A stretch of 56,600 nucleotides of DNA from positions 1 to 56,600 of the forward strand of contig JAHBMJ010000114.1 of assembly GCA_018398765.1 (NCBI GenBank). The letters run 5' to 3'. How positions within the stretch are numbered: position 1 is the stretch's first letter; every line of letters begins with the position of its first letter. The DNA comes from Chromera velia. Its lineage: Eukaryota. The notes beneath the pieces were generated by a model. It made no database searches, was not told where the DNA came from, and was given only the letters and a program-made list of their open reading frames with translations. Positions 51,058 through 56,600 of the stretch are shown here, piece after piece. Position numbers and translations under genes: made by a program.

Positions 51058-52769
51058 GATCAGGCAGACAGCCATCAAGGGATTCCGGAGAAAGGGGAAG
51101 GAAAATCAGAGACATCGACAGGCGGGGTGGGAGTTAATTTCTTAGGCCGTCTCCATCCGTTTTGATAAAACGACTGACTTTGACGAAACTACAGTGCTCG
51201 ATCCATATCGTCCTGCTGGCTCATCTGCCTCCTGCCTGCCTGCCTGCCTACCTGCTTGCCTGCCTGCCTGCCTGCCTGTCTGCCTGTCTGTCTGTCTGCC
51301 TGTCTGCCTGCCTGCCTGCCTGTCTGCCTCCCTGACTTTCATGAAGACAAGCAGAGGGTCCCCTTGGAGAGAGGGAGGTAGCGGGTGGGACGAGAGACGT
51401 GCGTTCGGATTTCATTCAGACAGCTCCTCTGCGTGGTTGAAGAGGTGGGATAATTAAGTGATGACTGACAATACGAGAGAGATCGCAGGATATTGTAGGG
51501 AGGGCCTGGAGGCACCTTGTGACCATTCCAGAAACAGAAAGCTACCATCAGAGCAGAGCAGAGTAGGGAGGCAGGGAGGCAGAGAGAAAAAGGGGGGGAG
51601 AGCATATTTGTTCCGCATGCAGCACTGCACTGGCATTCAGGCGTCTGCCAGAAATTGAAGCACGACCAGTCTTTGGACCAAAATTGAAGCAGGCAGTCAT
51701 GTAGGGAAGCAGACGGTCAACTGACAGTCAGTGAGAAGGGTAAGTGAACCTTCTTCCCTCCTTCCCTCGGAGTCCTTCCCTCCTTCCCTCCTTCCTTCCT
51801 TCCTTCCTTCCTTCCTTCCCCTCGAGGAGAAGACGAGACACATAGCGAATCGCATGAAAGAGTTGGATGGAAGACAGGCAGACAGAAAGAGGAGAAACAT
51901 TTTGAAACACTTTAAAGTCCTTATCCACAGGGTGAGAAAGAGTGGGGGGGGGTGTAAATGGGGACACTTGTCTGTATGTCGATGGAGGGAGTGAATTAAA
52001 TAGGTGATGCGTGGAGGGAGAAAAAGGTGAAGAGAGAAAAGGAGGGAGCAAAACTGGAAATTGTGTGGCAGTTCATGCGTACCATTTGGGGGGGAAAAAG
52101 AGGGGGGGTTTTTTGGCCATCAACAGATTGCTCTAGCAGATTGCTGGGCCATTTTGGGGACTTGATTAAATGACGACAAAAGAAAGAAAAAAAATCAAGT
52201 TGCAGGAAGATAAGGGGAAAAACATGCAGGCATCAATTAACCGAGTCTGAGACAACAGAGTGGCTTCATGGCCAGCGCCAACCCGGCTCTAGACGCGTGG
52301 TACTTATAAAAAACAATATTCACTGCATGGATCACATGTGGGTCGCAGCATGCCTGAAACGCAAGTGCAATCAATCACAGAGAAACTTCACGCTTCATAA
52401 ATCCGTAGTCATGGCTCATGTCACGTTTCGTCGCAGTATTTTCCGTGTGTTCTTCTTGCTTGTTCGCTTGGTGGAACTTCTGTCCGGGGTGAGTAGCTGC
52501 AGGAATTATAGTCATTGATCATTGAAAATGGAAGAAAATCTGTTTTTGTACCCGGCCATCAGGGGATTTCATTCTATCGTTTTTGTGCCACCAACTCAGT
52601 GCCTTGCTTCACACTGCATTGAAATTAAAATTGCATGCATGGACTCGATCGCTTCCACGCAACACGCGGTGGAGGAACTGACAATGTTTCGAATCAATAG
52701 AAAGGCCGCGGCGGGAGGAGGATCGAAAGAAACCTGCAGGCCGGCCTCCTGGAGGATCGATCGACCTCG

Positions 52770-52868
52770 CACTGACTGACTGACTGACTGACTGACTGAC
52801 TGATTGACTGACTGACTGACTGACTGACTGACTGACTGACTGACTGACTGACTGACTGACTGACTGAC
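52770..52868. repeat. (ACTG)n microsatellite
   Basis: Direct reading. Confidence 0.95.
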
Positions 52869-54211
52869 GACGCTGCGTGTACGTGTGCATGAACCGGCAG
52901 CGTGGCTTCAATGAGCGAGTGAGCTAGGCAGATGGATGGACATACCAGACGTGAGGAGGGATGGAAAAAAACTCTCGAACTTTGAGAAGGGCTCAAACTC
53001 TTTTTCCGTTCGTGGTCCGAAAGAAAAAGGAGAAGATTGTATGACTCATATTTCAACTCTGACGTACGTACATAGAACTCTTTTATGTTCAGCTTTGTAC
53101 CGTAGAATTAGAGCATGTGCAATCGAGCCCTGGAGCGAGCCCCGCCTCACTATTATAAGAGAGCTACTGCAAGACCGCGACAGACACGATAAAAGAAGAA
53201 CTTGAACAAAACAGAAGAGGGGAGAAGCGAAGCTACAAGAGAAAAAGGAAACACCTGCATACGCAGGTCCAAATTGAAGCCTAAGAAATGAATCGCTGGA
53301 GCTTTTTGCATTATTTTCATCTTTTGACTGCCTTCCTGTAGTATTCCTAACACCTCCTTTTATTTATCTTTCCTTTTGTTGTACTATTTCTCCAAACTTT
53401 ATTTCTAGCAATTAAGTTAAGCTTTCTATGGATTGAGAAAAAAACCTAAATCACGGTTGATTTCTTTTTTTTCAGACACTGCAGGGCATGTACCATACAT
53501 GTACATCATATATTATAACAAGTAATATGTGAGTCATAATATGACATGAAACTAAGATTTCTCTACAAAATCATAGTAAAGATTTTGTAAATGAAGAAAA
53601 AACAAAATTTTAAAAACAGTATAAGAGCTAGTATACGAGCCAGGAAATCAGAATAAAAATCAAAAGTAATAAAAACTTTATTAAAAAGTAATGATCAAAA
53701 CTTTAACTTCAACTTGAAGCTATAGGCTTGAAAAGCTAGTTGAAAAGTCTAGTGAAAAGTGGTAGTTTGCTAAATTTTGGATATAGATTTGCACTTATAT
53801 AAAGTTACTCAAAAATTTTTAAATCGTAATCCTATCTAGGATCCTATAGTCGTGATCATGCATTAGCATGGGTTGCTAGATGGCTTACAAACAAGTTTTG
53901 AAACAATCTCTCATAAGCGTCAGTGGCAACGTCACTCATGAGCAAGCTCGCTCCATGCACTAGCACCTGAGGTTGAAGAGTTTGAAAGCACGCATCCTGC
54001 TAGCTAGCCTGCTAGGCATCCTGATTCCTGAGTGAAATAATCAAAAAGACTATAGCAAACAGATGTAGAACTTTGAATGCTCTTGTAAAACTGCTTATAA
54101 ATTTTGTGACCGTGACCTGAACGGTTAGCGAGGCGATTGGACAAAAAAAGGTTGAAAACCAGCTCATTTTAACTTTATTGGAGACGGACAAAGCTAGGAT
54201 GGGACAAAGAC

Positions 54212-55588
54212 TCATTTGTTTGAGGAGGACGCATGCTCAGCGTCATCAGAACCCCCGACTGCCTCACTCGCACTCTTCCCCTCAAACTTGACAATTTCCT
54301 TCCACACCTGCCTCGCAAGCTTACGTCCACCCTCCACTGAGGGCTCCACCCGTGCTTCATAGTCCCCCGTATTCTTTCCATCCAAAACTTCGAAGAACGG
54401 CACCGGAACGATCCTCGTCCCCTCCACCTCTACCTGCTCTACACCCAGACGGTAAACTGCACGGATTAGGCTCTGCACCTTTTCTGGATGGCTGTTGTAC
54501 GACAGTTGGTTCAGTGCGGTGTCTGCCCAGGAAACTTTTCCTGGAGGGGGACTCTCGTCAGGAAAATAGATCATACAGACGAAAATCGCCTTAGGTTTCT
54601 TTTTCTCAACCAGTTTCGTCAAATAAGCGGCAAGCTGGTATCGGAACATTTTGATCAGGTGCGCCAATCCTATCGGCCACCCCCACCCACCCCACCCAGA
54701 GTTGAATGGACTCCAGAAGCTGCTCTGATTCTCTATGATGTACGTGGTGGATGTGAGATACATCAGGAGCGCAATATTCCACATTGTGCCTACTGAGGGA
54801 CGGAGAGCAATGTCATTGCCTCCCACTGAGACAACAAGATAATCCCCCTCTGCAATACGATCCCGAACAAACTGATCGTGGTACAACAAACCCCCTTCTT
54901 TCAGCCCGCATCTTGCGGGACTTTTGGCGGGATTCTCGTCCCTGTCTGACAGGGTGCTCTCCTCGACTGCGGCATTGCAACACCAGAACGGTAACTTCAA
55001 GCGACCCGAATTGGAACTGCAGCGGAGGAAATCAAAGCCGGGAGATTCTTCCCCGGGGTCAAAAATGCTCTCTGGGTTCACGGCAAAGAAATTCATCCAA
55101 AAGGCGAAATCCTTCACCATTCGGGGCGGTCTCAAGATCGACTCGAACCCATTCAACGCAGGACCTGATCTGCTGTCACTCTTCAGCTGTTGATGATCAT
55201 CTGGCGCCCTTCTTGTGTCGAGCAACCAGTGTTTGTTGTCAAGGGAGGAGTCCCCCACGAGGAAGATACACCGTCGGGCGTCTTCCACTTTTTTCTCCGA
55301 CTGTTGTTGCATCGAGTCGTGCAACATTTCGAGGAACTCCACCTCATGTCCGTGGTAGTTCCCATAAAATTCAGAAGCAGGAATGAAGTCGGGATCAGAA
55401 GACTGTGCCATCACGTGAAGAAATTTGCTCAACCGAAAAAAACCAGAGCGCAAGGGCGGAGGAGAAGAGGCCCCTTTCCCAAAACAGACAGATGAGAGAA
55501 CACAACCGACTAGAAACAAGAGTCTCAAGATCGTACGAGCAATAGAGCGATCTTCAATGGCCGAGAACTCTGGGACTACATTCACCAT
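54212..55588 (-). CDS. SGNH/GDSL-like hydrolase family protein
   Basis: Intronless 458-aa ORF (the true start may be the internal MAQSSDP). Block I IFLVGDSSLDN, block III VSVGGND, block V-like DYEARVEPSVEGGRKLA. Confidence 0.8.
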   Translation of the reverse strand: MVNVVPEFSAIEDRSIARTILRLLFLVGCVLSSVCFGKGASSPPPLRSGFFRLSKFLHVMAQSSDPDFIPASEFYGNYHGHEVEFLEMLHDSMQQQSEKKVEDARRCIFLVGDSSLDNKHWLLDTRRAPDDHQQLKSDSRSGPALNGFESILRPPRMVKDFAFWMNFFAVNPESIFDPGEESPGFDFLRCSSNSGRLKLPFWCCNAAVEESTLSDRDENPAKSPARCGLKEGGLLYHDQFVRDRIAEGDYLVVSVGGNDIALRPSVGTMWNIALLMYLTSTTYIIENQSSFWSPFNSGWGGWGWPIGLAHLIKMFRYQLAAYLTKLVEKKKPKAIFVCMIYFPDESPPPGKVSWADTALNQLSYNSHPEKVQSLIRAVYRLGVEQVEVEGTRIVPVPFFEVLDGKNTGDYEARVEPSVEGGRKLARQVWKEIVKFEGKSASEAVGGSDDAEHASSSNK

Positions 55589-56036
55589 TCAGAACAAAAG
55601 CCGCATCGCTGCACAGTAAGATCAAGCGAAGCGACAACAGGGCCGGATATTGACTCGCTACAGCGAGAAGAGGAAAAGATCAGGAGTTGTCGCGCTTTGT
55701 CTGGCAAGCTGAACTGAGCAGATCCAATGAGTTCAATGTTCGTCGTCCCACCAGACCATGAACAAAGAAGAACAGAAGATCGAATATGCAGCTCCTATAT
55801 TCTTTACAGCTGGACGCGTCGAATGTTCTGCCTCTCTGGAGGCGTACGTCATTAACATCGATGTTAGAGTCGGAATGAGTCGGATTAGACCACATGATCG
55901 ATTCAACGCATCGAGAGACGGGATCGTGCATGATGTAGACAATTGTTACTCACTGAATTGTAGACATATGTAGACGGGATGTCTGTAATTCGGTGTATAC
56001 CGTATATTTCATCACACTTTGCCCACTTTGAATTTT

Positions 56037-56600
56037 CTATACAAAAACTAGCCTTGGGGGGGTACTTCCGGCTGACCATTCATAGGCTGTGCGGCCCGGG
56101 CGTTCATGGCAGAGCACGCATACTAGGCGGTACACTGCAGCTTCTTTGCACATAGCGTCAAATCGGCTCTGCCATTGTGGCTGGGGAATAGAGGCTAGGT
56201 CCAATTTGCATAGTCGGTGGGGGTGGTTGCTATCCAGTACATCGACCAAGTGATCAACCTCCAGGTTCGATCTCCAGTATCCACTTTTAAACTTTTTTAG
56301 GCCCTTTCGTTGCATCCGTTCCTCCCAAAAAAAAGCCCAAACACGTCCACACTGCTCGCAAAAGGGTAAGAGGGAAGCAGCAGGCTTTTTCCCCATGATG
56401 ATGTGCCCCCGCAGCTCACAACTAAGACTCCTCTTGTCTTGGTGCGTGGGAACTTCAGAAGGAGAAGGAAGAGAAAAGGAAGAGACGGGCTGCTGACAAA
56501 CAAGCTCTTCAAGCGACCAACTGACAAGCTGTTGAATTGGAACAGAAACTATTGCTTCAAGAACTTCTGTTCTACTTCTACGTTTCCCTTCTTTCAACAA
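56037..56600 (-). CDS. Zinc-binding HNH endonuclease domain protein (5' end outside the window)
   Basis: CEQC...NLEVDHLVDVLD...YRLVCVLCHER fits the CxxC...DH...CxxCH HNH pattern. Confidence 0.65.
   Translation of the reverse strand: MLKEGKRRSRTEVLEAIVSVPIQQLVSWSLEELVCQQPVSSFSLPSPSEVPTHQDKRSLSCELRGHIIMGKKPAASLLPFCEQCGRVWAFFWEERMQRKGLKKFKSGYWRSNLEVDHLVDVLDSNHPHRLCKLDLASIPQPQWQSRFDAMCKEAAVYRLVCVLCHERPGRTAYEWSAGSTPPRLVFV

Noticed and set aside
50900..54200. Possible fused enzyme or bestrophin exons downstream of the rhodopsin
   Set aside because: No cyclase, PDE, kinase or bestrophin motifs found. The region looks like UTR/intergenic DNA with microsatellites.

Overview
Eukaryotic, intron- and microsatellite-rich genomic DNA. 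The style suggests a protist, and a chromerid-like alveolate is my inference. The left ~24 kb is a graveyard of mobile elements: a nested palindrome, minisatellites, several MITE-like insertions, a gag-only LTR retrotransposon with TSD, a disrupted ZnF/coiled-coil/HNH-nuclease gene, a decayed chromodomain ORF and a hAT fragment. It also holds a MYND-finger ORF and a small spliced membrane-protein gene. These repeats show strongly transition-biased decay. The right ~32 kb holds host genes: a ~2,080-aa tandem-CCCH protein with a huge disordered tail, a divergent UBA-UBA-coiled-coil-PUB gene, an SGNH-like hydrolase and a partial HNH nuclease. The most notable is a 9-exon microbial (type-1) rhodopsin at 46161-50451 (+), which the ORF track only shows in fragments. 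It keeps the retinal-binding Lys and a channelrhodopsin-like xCP motif. By alignment to bacteriorhodopsin (BR) it has an unusual helix C (R82M, D85G, T89G, D96 kept) and an extra Glu in helix B. All gene models were assembled by eye and need RNA-seq confirmation.
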